A stretch of 63,919 nt of DNA, counting the filler. It is 5 parts of 5 records of this genome, joined end to end, with 100 filler letters (N's around TTAATTAATTAA, not from the genome) between each part and the next. Parts side by side here need not be neighbours in the genome. Positions count along the whole stretch, not along the records: positions 1 to 11,284 come from SRR31156797_8302; positions 11,385 to 27,604 come from SRR31156797_8305; 3 more parts are not named here. One strand, 5' to 3'. The position numbers were made by a program, and so were the translations under genes. Of this stretch, positions 9,406 through 18,446 are shown piece by piece; within the stretch, counting starts at the first letter, position 1; each line of letters starts with the position of its first letter. A model generated the notes under the pieces. That model made no database searches and was not told the DNA's origin. It saw only the letters and a program-made list of their open reading frames with translations.

Positions 9406-10425
9406 ATGGAAAAGATTTATGAAGTAGCTATTGTAGGTGGTGGTCCAGGTGGAATAGGTACAGCAGTAGAAGCTGCTGTTCATGGTATAGAAAATATCTT
9501 GCTTTTAGATAAAGCTGATAATCATTCAAGCACCATAAGAAGATTTTACAAAAAAAATAAAAGAGTTGATAGAAACTGGAAAGGTCAAGTTGTTGATGTA
9601 GAAGGAAGTATTCCTTTTATGGATGGAACTAAAGAGACTACTTTAGACTTTTTTGATCAACTACTTGATGAAGATAAAATTGATACTGCTTTTAATACAG
9701 AAGTAGAAAACATAACTAAAGATGAAAATACTAACACTTTTACTATACAAACTTCAACAAAAGTTTTTATAGCAAAATGTGTTGTAGTAACTATTGGTAA
9801 GATGGGTAAACCCAATAAACCAGAATATAAAATTCCTTTTTCCCTAAAAGAGTATGTAAATTTCAATCTAGATAAATGTAGCAAAAATGAAAAACTACTT
9901 GTAGTAGGTGGTGGAAACTCTGCTGTAGAGTATGCTTGTAGTTTATCTGAAGAAGGTAACACAGTTACTTTAGTTTATAGAAAAGAGAAATTTACAAGAC
10001 TAAATCCAGAAAATGAAGAGACTTTATTTAAATACAATGGTCAAGAAAAACTAAGACTTAGACTAAATACAGATATTGAATCAATAGAAAATGATGATGG
10101 TAGTGTAAAAGTAAATTTCAATGATGGTTACCATACTATTTATGATAGAGTTATTTATGCTATTGGTGGTACTGCTCCTGTTGATTTCTTGAAAAAAGTA
10201 GGCATAGAGATGGATGAAGAAGGCAAACCTATTTATGATGAATATAATGAAACCAATGTTCCTTGTATGTATGTAGCAGGAGATGTTGCCTTTAATACAG
10301 GTGGTTCTATTGCTACTGCATTAAATCATGGGTTTAGAATCACAAGATCCTTACTTATAAAAAGAGGTGAGCAAAACGGTTCAACTGAACTATTTTTTAA
10401 AAACAATCCAACATTTAAGTATTAG
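9406..10425 (+). CDS. fqrB: TrxB-like FAD/NADPH oxidoreductase lacking CxxC (FqrB-like flavodoxin/quinone reductase)
   Basis: GGGPGG and GGGNSA Rossmann motifs. The KRVD...PFMDGTKETTL segment is typical of Campylobacterota FqrB. No redox CxxC. Confidence 0.7.
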   Translation: MEKIYEVAIVGGGPGGIGTAVEAAVHGIENILLLDKADNHSSTIRRFYKKNKRVDRNWKGQVVDVEGSIPFMDGTKETTLDFFDQLLDEDKIDTAFNTEVENITKDENTNTFTIQTSTKVFIAKCVVVTIGKMGKPNKPEYKIPFSLKEYVNFNLDKCSKNEKLLVVGGGNSAVEYACSLSEEGNTVTLVYRKEKFTRLNPENEETLFKYNGQEKLRLRLNTDIESIENDDGSVKVNFNDGYHTIYDRVIYAIGGTAPVDFLKKVGIEMDEEGKPIYDEYNETNVPCMYVAGDVAFNTGGSIATALNHGFRITRSLLIKRGEQNGSTELFFKNNPTFKY

Positions 10426-10427
10426 TT

Positions 10428-11284
10428 ATGAGTAAAGATTTAACAAAAAACCCAAGTATCATATTACTTAATATCATAGCACTAGTATTTTTAGCTTCAA
10501 ACTCTATTTTGTGTAAGCTTGCAATTGTTAATCACTATGCTGATGCTTACTCTTTTACCTTTTTAAGACTTGTTTTTGCAGCATTGACTCTATTTTTTAT
10601 AGTGTCCCTAAAAGAAAGAGCTATTGATATAACTGTAAATAAAAACTGGACTAGTGCCTTTTTTCTTTTTTTATATGCAATTACCTTTTCATATGCCTAT
10701 ATAAACCTTGATGCAGGACTTGGGACTCTAATTCTTTTTGCTTTTGTTCAACTAACAATAACCTTTTATGCTGTTATGAATAAAGAAAAAATCTGTTTCA
10801 AACAAACTTTTGGAATATTAACTGCTTTATTAGGACTTTTATATCTTTTTTATCCAAGGGATAATTTTACTATTTCTATGGAAGGATTTATTCTAATAAG
10901 CCTTGCAGGTATTAGTTGGGGAGTTTATACAATTTTAGGAAAAAAGTCAGAAAATGCTTTAAAGGATACAAATGAAAATTTCCTAAAAACCATTCCTTTT
11001 TTACTTATTTATCTGCTAGTTTTTCCAATAAATATAGAGATAAATATAGATGGTCTTATTTTAAGTTTCCTATCTGGTGCAATTACCTCTGCAATAGGAT
11101 ATGTAATCTGGTATAAGGTTTTAGATAATATCTCTATTTTAACCGCTGGAGTAATACAGCTAATAGTTCCTATTGTAGCTATATTTTTAAGTATTATATT
11201 ACTGAATGAACCAATAACTATAACACTTTTAGTATCAACAGCTTTAATACTTATAGGTATATATTTAACAATTAAAAAATCAGT
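10428..11284 (+). CDS. DMT (EamA) family transporter, stop codon lost at the contig end
   Basis: ASNSILCK motif and multiple TM helices. The ORF runs into the N linker. Confidence 0.82.
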
Positions 11285-11384
11285 NNNNNNNNNNNNNNNN
11301 NNNNNNNNNNNNNNNNNNNNNNNNNNNNTTAATTAATTAANNNNNNNNNNNNNNNNNNNNNNNNNNNNNNNNNNNNNNNNNNNN
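11285..11384. other. Artificial contig linker
   Basis: N-run / TTAATTAATTAA / N-run, with stops in all six frames. Confidence 0.98.
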
Positions 11385-11471
11385 CCTGAGTTCGACATAA
11401 AATTTCGGATTCAGGTTAATACTCAATGATTTAATAAATAGAAACATTAACAAGCTACAATTATACTTAAT

Positions 11472-12617
11472 ATGAACCCGTTCTATACAAACGAAAAAGA
11501 AGAATTTAGACAAAAAGTTAGGGCTTTCGCCGAAAAAGAAATTAAACCTGTTGCTCCGGAGTTGGACGAGAACGAAACCTTTTCTGAAGATTTGACAAAG
11601 AAAATGGGTCAGCAAGGTCTATTTGGCATTGACATTTCTAAAGAATATGGAGGTCAGGGATTAGATACCCTTTCGTACATTATTGCTGTGGAAGAAATTG
11701 CGCGTGTGGACGGTTCGCAGGCTGCAACAATGGCAGCTCACAACTCCTTGGGCGCAGCACCTATTTATACATTTGGAACCGAGGAACAAAAAAAAGAGTT
11801 ATTACCAAACTTGTTAAACGGAACCCACCTTTGGGCATTTGGTTTAACCGAAGTAAAGGCAGGATCTGATGCCAGAGGTGTTGAAACAATTGCCTCACAA
11901 AATGAGAACGGGTGGGAACTAAACGGAACCAAAAGATATATTACCAACGGAAGTAACCCTATGATGCAAGGGATGACTGTTTTAGCTCAAACAGGAGAAA
12001 AAAATGGCAAACCCAGCTATTCAACTTTTATCTTAAAAAGAAATACCAAAGGATTCTCTACCAAACGTTCTTTAGGAAAGATGATGTGGCGAGCTTCCGA
12101 TACTGCAGAAATTACCATTGATAAATGTCAGATAAAAGCTAGTGACTTATTGGGAGCTCAGGATAAAGGTTTATCTCAAATGCTAAAAACACTCGACAGT
12201 GGACGTTTATCAATTGCTGCCATGGGTTTAGGTTTAGCACAGGGAGCTTTTGAGTTAGCCTTGCAATATGCCAAAGAACGCGAGCAGTTTGGTCAACCCA
12301 TCGCCAACTTTCAAAACGTACAGTTTAAACTGGCTGACATGGATTTAAAAATTGAATTGGCTCGAAACCTGCTTTATAAAGCTTGTTGGTTAAAGGATAA
12401 CAAACAGCCATTTGGAAAAGAAGCTGCTATGGCAAAACTATATTGTAGTGAGGTGGCTAAAGAAGTATCTGACGAAGGCGTTCAAATATTTGCCGGAGCA
12501 GGTTTATTCAAAGGTCAGGACATTGAGCGATTTTATCGTGATCATAGAATTTTGAGAATTGGTGAAGGAACCACCGAAATTCTTAAAATGGTTATTGCCA
12601 GATATTTGGACATATAA
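11472..12617 (+). CDS. Acyl-CoA dehydrogenase (short/branched-chain type)
   Basis: Motifs FGLTE..AGSDA, LNGTKRYITNG, REQFGQPI and RIGEGTTEI (catalytic Glu in the SCAD-type position). Confidence 0.92.
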   Translation: MNPFYTNEKEEFRQKVRAFAEKEIKPVAPELDENETFSEDLTKKMGQQGLFGIDISKEYGGQGLDTLSYIIAVEEIARVDGSQAATMAAHNSLGAAPIYTFGTEEQKKELLPNLLNGTHLWAFGLTEVKAGSDARGVETIASQNENGWELNGTKRYITNGSNPMMQGMTVLAQTGEKNGKPSYSTFILKRNTKGFSTKRSLGKMMWRASDTAEITIDKCQIKASDLLGAQDKGLSQMLKTLDSGRLSIAAMGLGLAQGAFELALQYAKEREQFGQPIANFQNVQFKLADMDLKIELARNLLYKACWLKDNKQPFGKEAAMAKLYCSEVAKEVSDEGVQIFAGAGLFKGQDIERFYRDHRILRIGEGTTEILKMVIARYLDI

Positions 12618-12637
12618 TCTAAATACAATAAAACTAT

Positions 12638-12689
12638 TCACTTAGAAAAAACATTCAATCTTTAGATTTTGATCGTTTTTTCTAAGTGA
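12638..12689. terminator. 15-bp inverted repeat after the acyl-CoA dehydrogenase
   Basis: TCACTTAGAAAAAAC ... GTTTTTTCTAAGTGA. Confidence 0.55.
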
Positions 12690-12775
12690 TACATTACTGT
12701 GACCGAAGTCGATAAATCGTAAGTTTTATCGGTAATTATGACAATTATTTCAATAATCTTTCTTTTTTTTACGGT

Positions 12776-13765
12776 ATGGAAGATAGAAAAAAAGAACACC
12801 TTCATTTAGCTTTTGAAGCCCACGTTAATCGAGATTTAGCCGACAAACGTTTTATGTACGAACCAATGTTGTCTGCTCATCCTGTTAATGATCTGGAACC
12901 TTTTTCCTTTCTAGGAAAGCAAATGAAGTTACCTTTCTGGATTTCTTCCATGACCGGAGGTACTCAACGAGCCGGAGCTATCAACACAAAACTTGCCAAA
13001 GCTGCAGGCGAGTTTGGTTTAGGAATGGGGTTAGGTTCGTGCCGGGCTTTATTTGACTCCGATAATTACTGGCCTGATTTTAAAGTTCGTTCTTACATTG
13101 GAAATGAATATCCTTTTTATTCGAACCTTGGGATAGCTCAATTAGAAAAGCTTCTTGAAAACAAAGAAACTTCAAAAATTGACTACTTAAACCAACAGCT
13201 AGAAACAGATGGAACCATCATTCATATCAATCCGCTTCAAGAAGCCTTTCAACCAGAAGGAGATATAATAAAACGTCCTCCTATCGAAAGTATTCAGGAA
13301 TTACTGGAAAATATCGAATCACCTATTATCGTTAAAGAAGTTGGGCAAGGCATGGGCTACGAAAGTTTAAAAGCCTTACTTTCTTTAAAAATTGAAGCCA
13401 TTGAATTCGGCGCTTTGGGAGGAACCAACTTTACCAAGTTGGAACAAATGAGAAGAGTAGATAACACATCTATTTTTGAAAGTTTTACACAAGTTGGACA
13501 TACCGCCGAGGAAATGACGCATATGGTAAACCAAATTGTGGAAGAAGGAAAAACGCAATGCAAACAAGTTATTATTTCTGGTGGAATCAGATCTTTGCTT
13601 GATGGCTATTACCTGACCAAAATCTGTAAGCTTCCTGCTGTTACTGGAATGGGTTCAGCCTTTTTACAATATGCTTTAAAGGATTATGGTGAGCTTAAAA
13701 CTTTTATCGAAAATATGGCGCAATCCTGGAAACTTGCCGAAGCTTATTTAAAAATCAGAAAATAG
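12776..13765 (+). CDS. fni: Type 2 (FMN-dependent) isopentenyl-diphosphate isomerase
   Basis: Motifs RKKEHL, SSMTGG, HINPLQE..QPEGD, VKEVGQG, GGTNF and SGGIR. Confidence 0.92.
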   Translation: MEDRKKEHLHLAFEAHVNRDLADKRFMYEPMLSAHPVNDLEPFSFLGKQMKLPFWISSMTGGTQRAGAINTKLAKAAGEFGLGMGLGSCRALFDSDNYWPDFKVRSYIGNEYPFYSNLGIAQLEKLLENKETSKIDYLNQQLETDGTIIHINPLQEAFQPEGDIIKRPPIESIQELLENIESPIIVKEVGQGMGYESLKALLSLKIEAIEFGALGGTNFTKLEQMRRVDNTSIFESFTQVGHTAEEMTHMVNQIVEEGKTQCKQVIISGGIRSLLDGYYLTKICKLPAVTGMGSAFLQYALKDYGELKTFIENMAQSWKLAEAYLKIRK

Positions 13766-13927
13766 ACACCTTCTTGCAGAAATAAAACCGACTGATCATC
13801 TCATTAAAGAATTCTAACTTCATCTTTTAACACCTAAATCGGAACCTCTACATAACATTTTTTCGTTCTGATTTAAACGTTTCTGAATTTTCGCTGTTTT
13901 ACTTTTCCGATAAGTAAAAACAGTGTC

Positions 13928-15223
13928 ATGAAGAAAGGTTTTTCTAAACTAAATACAACAGATAAAATTGCTGCTTTAACAGAGCAACATCAATTAAATT
14001 CAGATTTCAAGCAAACTTTGCAATCGCATATCCATCCTGAATTTCAGGACTTATATAATCAATTTTCAGAAAACACGCTGAGTAATTTTTATTTGCCTTA
14101 TGGGGTTGCTCCGGGATTCCTGATCAACAATAAGGAATATTCTATTCCTATGGTTATTGAAGAAAGTTCGGTGGTGGCTGCCGCTTCTAAAGCAGCTAAA
14201 TTCTGGGCACTTAATGGAGGATTTAAAACTCGAATCATTTCAACAAATAAAAGAGGGCAACTCTTTTTTACAACAGAATGGACTTATACAGAGCTCACTG
14301 AGTTACTTCCTGAAATGAATATTTTCCTACTAAAAGTAACAGAAGACATCACGCAAAGTATGCAAAAAAGAGGTGGGGGAATTATTGATATTGAATTGAA
14401 TCAGGAAAGTGATGTGGATACTGCTACCTATTGTCTGACAGTAAGTTTTGAAACAAAAGACTCCATGGGTGCTAATTTCATTAATTCCTGTCTGGAAAAA
14501 ATGGGAGAAGCATTAAAGGCGTTTTTAAAAGAGAAAAATGAGCATCTTGCTATTGAAATTAATATGGCTATTCTTTCCAATTATACACCTCAATGTCTTG
14601 TAGAATGCACAGTTTCCTGCCCTTTTCCTTCACTACAAGCTTATAGCGGAACATTTACTGCAGAGGATTTTGCATTGCGTTTTAAAAAGGCCGTACAATT
14701 GGCTACACATAATGTAGGCAGAGCTGTTACTCATAATAAAGGGATTATGAACGGAATAGATGCGGTAGTTTTGGCGACTGGAAATGATTTTAGAGCTATT
14801 GAGGCGGGCGTTCATGCATTTGCTGCCAAAAATGGTCAATATAGTTCTCTAACTAAAATAGATATATCCGAAAACATTTTCACCTATACTTTAACCGCTC
14901 CTTTAGCCGTTGGCACAGTGGGTGGATTAACTTCGCTTCATCCTTTAGCAAAGCAATCGTTAGCTTTATTGGAATATCCCAATGCTCAGGAGTTAATGCA
15001 AATTATGGCTGCGGCAGGAATGGCGAATAATTTTTCTGCAATTGCAGCTTTGGTAACTTCCGGTATTCAAAAAGGGCACATGAAAATGCACTTATCGAAT
15101 ATTTTATCTACATTTAATGCTGTTGGGGACGAAAAAGAAGCTGCACTTAACTATTTTAAAAATAAAACAGTTAGTCATTCTGCGGTTAAGCAATTTCTCG
15201 AAGATTTAAGAAAAAATGCTTAA
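13928..15223 (+). CDS. mvaA: Class II HMG-CoA reductase
   Basis: Motifs EESSVVAA, DSMGANFIN, RAVTHNKGIMNGIDAV..ATGND.RA and GIQKGHMKMH. Confidence 0.95.
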   Translation: MKKGFSKLNTTDKIAALTEQHQLNSDFKQTLQSHIHPEFQDLYNQFSENTLSNFYLPYGVAPGFLINNKEYSIPMVIEESSVVAAASKAAKFWALNGGFKTRIISTNKRGQLFFTTEWTYTELTELLPEMNIFLLKVTEDITQSMQKRGGGIIDIELNQESDVDTATYCLTVSFETKDSMGANFINSCLEKMGEALKAFLKEKNEHLAIEINMAILSNYTPQCLVECTVSCPFPSLQAYSGTFTAEDFALRFKKAVQLATHNVGRAVTHNKGIMNGIDAVVLATGNDFRAIEAGVHAFAAKNGQYSSLTKIDISENIFTYTLTAPLAVGTVGGLTSLHPLAKQSLALLEYPNAQELMQIMAAAGMANNFSAIAALVTSGIQKGHMKMHLSNILSTFNAVGDEKEAALNYFKNKTVSHSAVKQFLEDLRKNA

Positions 15224-15279
15224 TGTTTTCCCATCTGATTTAAACAAGTACACAGAGTATAGTAATATCAAACGTAAGT

Positions 15280-16236
15280 ATGAACAAGGAGGTTAATAAG
15301 GATCTGTTATTTTTTTCAAGAGCAAATGGGAAATTAATGCTTTCTGGTGAATATGTTGTTTTAAGAGGTGCCAAAGCCTTGGCCGTTCCTTTAAAACTTG
15401 GACAGACTTTTAGTGTTTATAACGGACAAAATGGAAATACTTTTTCGTGGGAAGCTTTGCTATCCGAAGGAATCTGGAATAAAGTTACCTTTAACGATAA
15501 ATTAGCCATAACCGATGAGTCAAATACAGCTTTTAGTAAACAGCTTCAAAAAATACTTAGAAGTGCACTAAAGCTAAGCGAGCTAAATATTTCGGACCTA
15601 GTCGGTAAAAAAGTTCAAACAAAACTCGAATTTGATCCGCAATGGGGATTAGGAAGTAGCTCCACGTTGATTTATAACCTATCTCAATTTTTTAACATTA
15701 ATCCTTACGAACTACTCCAGAACACCTTTAAAGGTTCTGGCTATGATATTGCGAATGCAGAACATAAAATGCCACTCTTTTTTCTTTTAGTGAATGGTAA
15801 TCCACGTTCTGTCGAGATAAATTTTAACCCTTCATTTAAGGAACATATTTATTTTATTTACACTGGTAAAAAACAAAGTTCAAAAGAATCCATTAAAGGT
15901 TTTCATCTAAAAAAAATAGATCCTGCCGATATTAATCAAATCAGTGCTATTTCTACACTTTTTGCTGTTTGCAACGACATCTCTGAATTTCAGGAATTAA
16001 TGGCCGATCACGAGGATATCATTGGAAAAATTATTGATAAAACTCCAATTCGGAAAGAACAATTTTACGACTTCGAAGGTTCCATTAAATCATTAGGTGC
16101 CTGGGGGGGCGATTTTATAATGGCTGTTAGCAAGCAGCCCATGGAGTATGTAAAAGGTTATTTTAACAAAAAAGGTTTAAATACCATATTCACATTTAGT
16201 GAGTTAGTTAAAAACGACCCATGCTCTAATTGCTAA
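15280..16236 (+). CDS. GYDIA-family GHMP kinase, probably the Bacteroidota-type phosphomevalonate kinase
   Basis: Motifs GKLMLSGEY, WGLGSSS, GSGYDIA and KSLGAWGGDF. It fills the PMK step in the cluster. Confidence 0.8.
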   Translation: MNKEVNKDLLFFSRANGKLMLSGEYVVLRGAKALAVPLKLGQTFSVYNGQNGNTFSWEALLSEGIWNKVTFNDKLAITDESNTAFSKQLQKILRSALKLSELNISDLVGKKVQTKLEFDPQWGLGSSSTLIYNLSQFFNINPYELLQNTFKGSGYDIANAEHKMPLFFLLVNGNPRSVEINFNPSFKEHIYFIYTGKKQSSKESIKGFHLKKIDPADINQISAISTLFAVCNDISEFQELMADHEDIIGKIIDKTPIRKEQFYDFEGSIKSLGAWGGDFIMAVSKQPMEYVKGYFNKKGLNTIFTFSELVKNDPCSNC

Positions 16237-16265
16237 ACCTAAATACCTGGGTAAAATAATTATCA

Positions 16266-17321
16266 ATGATTTGTAATAAAACGGCTTATCTTAAAGGTCA
16301 AGGAAAAGTAGAATTTCAAAGTCCATCAAATATAGCGATGGTAAAATACTGGGGTAAAAAGGAAATACAAATTCCTGAGAATCCTTCTATTAGTTTTTCA
16401 TTAAAAAATGCGCTTACTCAAACTAGTATCGAATATCAATGGTTCGAAAACCAGAACACATTTGATGTTCAATTCTTATTTGAAGGAAAAGAGAATCCTT
16501 CATTTCTTAAAAAGCTGCATACCTTTTTCGATAGAATTTCAGAAACCTTACCTTGGTTAATTCATTTTCAATTAAATATTAACAGCCATAACACTTTTCC
16601 ACATTCTTCCGGAATTGCCTCATCGGCAAGCAGCTATGCTTCTTTAGCTTTATGTCTGGCTCAAATTCATCATGAAGTTACCGGAGAAGTTTTATCTAAC
16701 GAAAAAGTTTCTAATATAGCTCGCCTGGGTTCAGGAAGTGCTTGCAGATCAATTTTGGGAGGTTGGAATACATGGGGTAAATCAAATTTTCCAAATAGCG
16801 ATGACCATTATGCCATATCATTAAACAACAATATTCATTCGGATTTCATCAATATTCAGGATTCTATTTTAATTGTGAGTGCCGATAAAAAAGCCATCAG
16901 TAGTACTGTTGGACACCAATTGATGGAGAATCATCCATACAAAGAAGGAAGAATTATACAGGCAACGGACAATACTCATCGATTAATTGAAATACTCGAA
17001 AAAGGTAACTGGAATGATTTTATAGAAATTGTTGAATCTGAAGCCTTGAGTTTACACGGTTTAATGATGAGCTCCACTCCAGGTTATACATTACTTTTAC
17101 CGGAATCCTTAATTATTGTTCAACAAATCAGAGAATTTAGAGAACAAAATGACATTCCCGTATGTTTTACCATCGATGCAGGACCAAATATTCATGTTTT
17201 GTATCCTGCTTCGAACAAAAAGAAAGTTCAGGAGTTTATTGATCGCAAGTTGAAAGCATTCTGCTTAAACAACACCGTTATTCATGATGAAATTGGGCCC
17301 GGGCCTTGTGAAATACAATAA
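16266..17321 (+). CDS. mvaD: Diphosphomevalonate decarboxylase
   Basis: Motifs SPSNIAMVKYWGK, GIASSAS, ARLGSGSACRS and FTIDAGPN. Confidence 0.92.
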   Translation: MICNKTAYLKGQGKVEFQSPSNIAMVKYWGKKEIQIPENPSISFSLKNALTQTSIEYQWFENQNTFDVQFLFEGKENPSFLKKLHTFFDRISETLPWLIHFQLNINSHNTFPHSSGIASSASSYASLALCLAQIHHEVTGEVLSNEKVSNIARLGSGSACRSILGGWNTWGKSNFPNSDDHYAISLNNNIHSDFINIQDSILIVSADKKAISSTVGHQLMENHPYKEGRIIQATDNTHRLIEILEKGNWNDFIEIVESEALSLHGLMMSSTPGYTLLLPESLIIVQQIREFREQNDIPVCFTIDAGPNIHVLYPASNKKKVQEFIDRKLKAFCLNNTVIHDEIGPGPCEIQ

Positions 17322-17323
17322 AG

Positions 17324-18277
17324 ATGTCGATTAAAAAAAACAGTATATTTTATTCTAAAGTCCTTTTATTTGGAGAATACTCCATCCTTTTCGATTCCAA
17401 TGGTTTAACGATTCCATACGCACATTTTAACGGAACGCTCAATTTTATTAATGCTAATGGATACACAGATTTAGACTATGCAAAAAACTCTAATCTACAT
17501 TTGTTGAGCTATGCAAAGTTCCTTCAAAAAGAGACCACAAATATTATAGATACATCTAAACTAATAACAGATATAGAAAAAGGCTTGTATTTTGAATCCT
17601 CTATTCCCGAAGGATATGGATTAGGAAGTAGTGGTGCATTAGTTGCTGCCATCTATAAGGCATATGGCATCAACAAAATAGAAGCACAGGCTGGTCTATC
17701 TGTAGAAAAAACGCAAGAACTAAAAGATATCTTTTCAAAGTTAGAATCGTTTTTTCATGGCAAAAGTTCTGGTATTGACCCATTGATTTGCTACTTAAAA
17801 CACCCTTTGTTCATAAAGGATCAGAAGAACATTTCTTCTATTGGTATTTCGCGTGATAATGTAAAATCAGACGATGCGGTTTTTATAGTAAACACCAAAC
17901 AGGTTGGAAAAACAGCTCCTTTAGTGGATTTATTTATGAAAAAATGTTTAAATCCAACCTATGTGAACCGTATAAAAAACGAACTCATCCCAACTACTAA
18001 TAAATGTATACAATCATTACTTGCTGGTGATTTAAATAACTTTTATAAAAACCTAAAACAACTTTCGAAGTTTCAGCTTCAGTATCTAAAAGAAATGATA
18101 CCGGATGAGTTTTTAAAATATTGGGAAGAGGGCATTTCAAAAAACGACTATCTGCTGAAATTATGTGGTTCCGGAGGTGGTGGTTACCTGCTTGGTTTTA
18201 CACGCCAGTTTAGTAAAGTAAAAAAAGAACTGACAGAAAAAGGATTAGAGGTGATACCTGTTTATCAAGAGTTTTAA
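17324..18277 (+). CDS. mvk: Mevalonate kinase
   Basis: Motifs KVLLFGEY, IPEGYGLGSSGA, HGKSSGID and KLCGSGGGG. Confidence 0.88.
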   Translation: MSIKKNSIFYSKVLLFGEYSILFDSNGLTIPYAHFNGTLNFINANGYTDLDYAKNSNLHLLSYAKFLQKETTNIIDTSKLITDIEKGLYFESSIPEGYGLGSSGALVAAIYKAYGINKIEAQAGLSVEKTQELKDIFSKLESFFHGKSSGIDPLICYLKHPLFIKDQKNISSIGISRDNVKSDDAVFIVNTKQVGKTAPLVDLFMKKCLNPTYVNRIKNELIPTTNKCIQSLLAGDLNNFYKNLKQLSKFQLQYLKEMIPDEFLKYWEEGISKNDYLLKLCGSGGGGYLLGFTRQFSKVKKELTEKGLEVIPVYQEF

Positions 18278-18446
18278 TCCTCAAATAGAACATATTCTGC
18301 ATAGCTTATAATATACCAGCACATGGGATTTTAGTACAATTTTGTAGGTAATTGTACTAAAACTCATCATCTCCATATTTCTAAAGATTAATTTTACTTT
18401 CCCTATTTCGCAATGTGTGATAATAATCAGCTTAAGGAAAGAATTA

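Noticed and set aside
11329-11340. TTAATTAATTAA repeated four times as a biological repeat
   Set aside because: It is always embedded in N-runs, so it is a synthetic six-frame-stop linker. ORFs that run into it are artefactual at that end.
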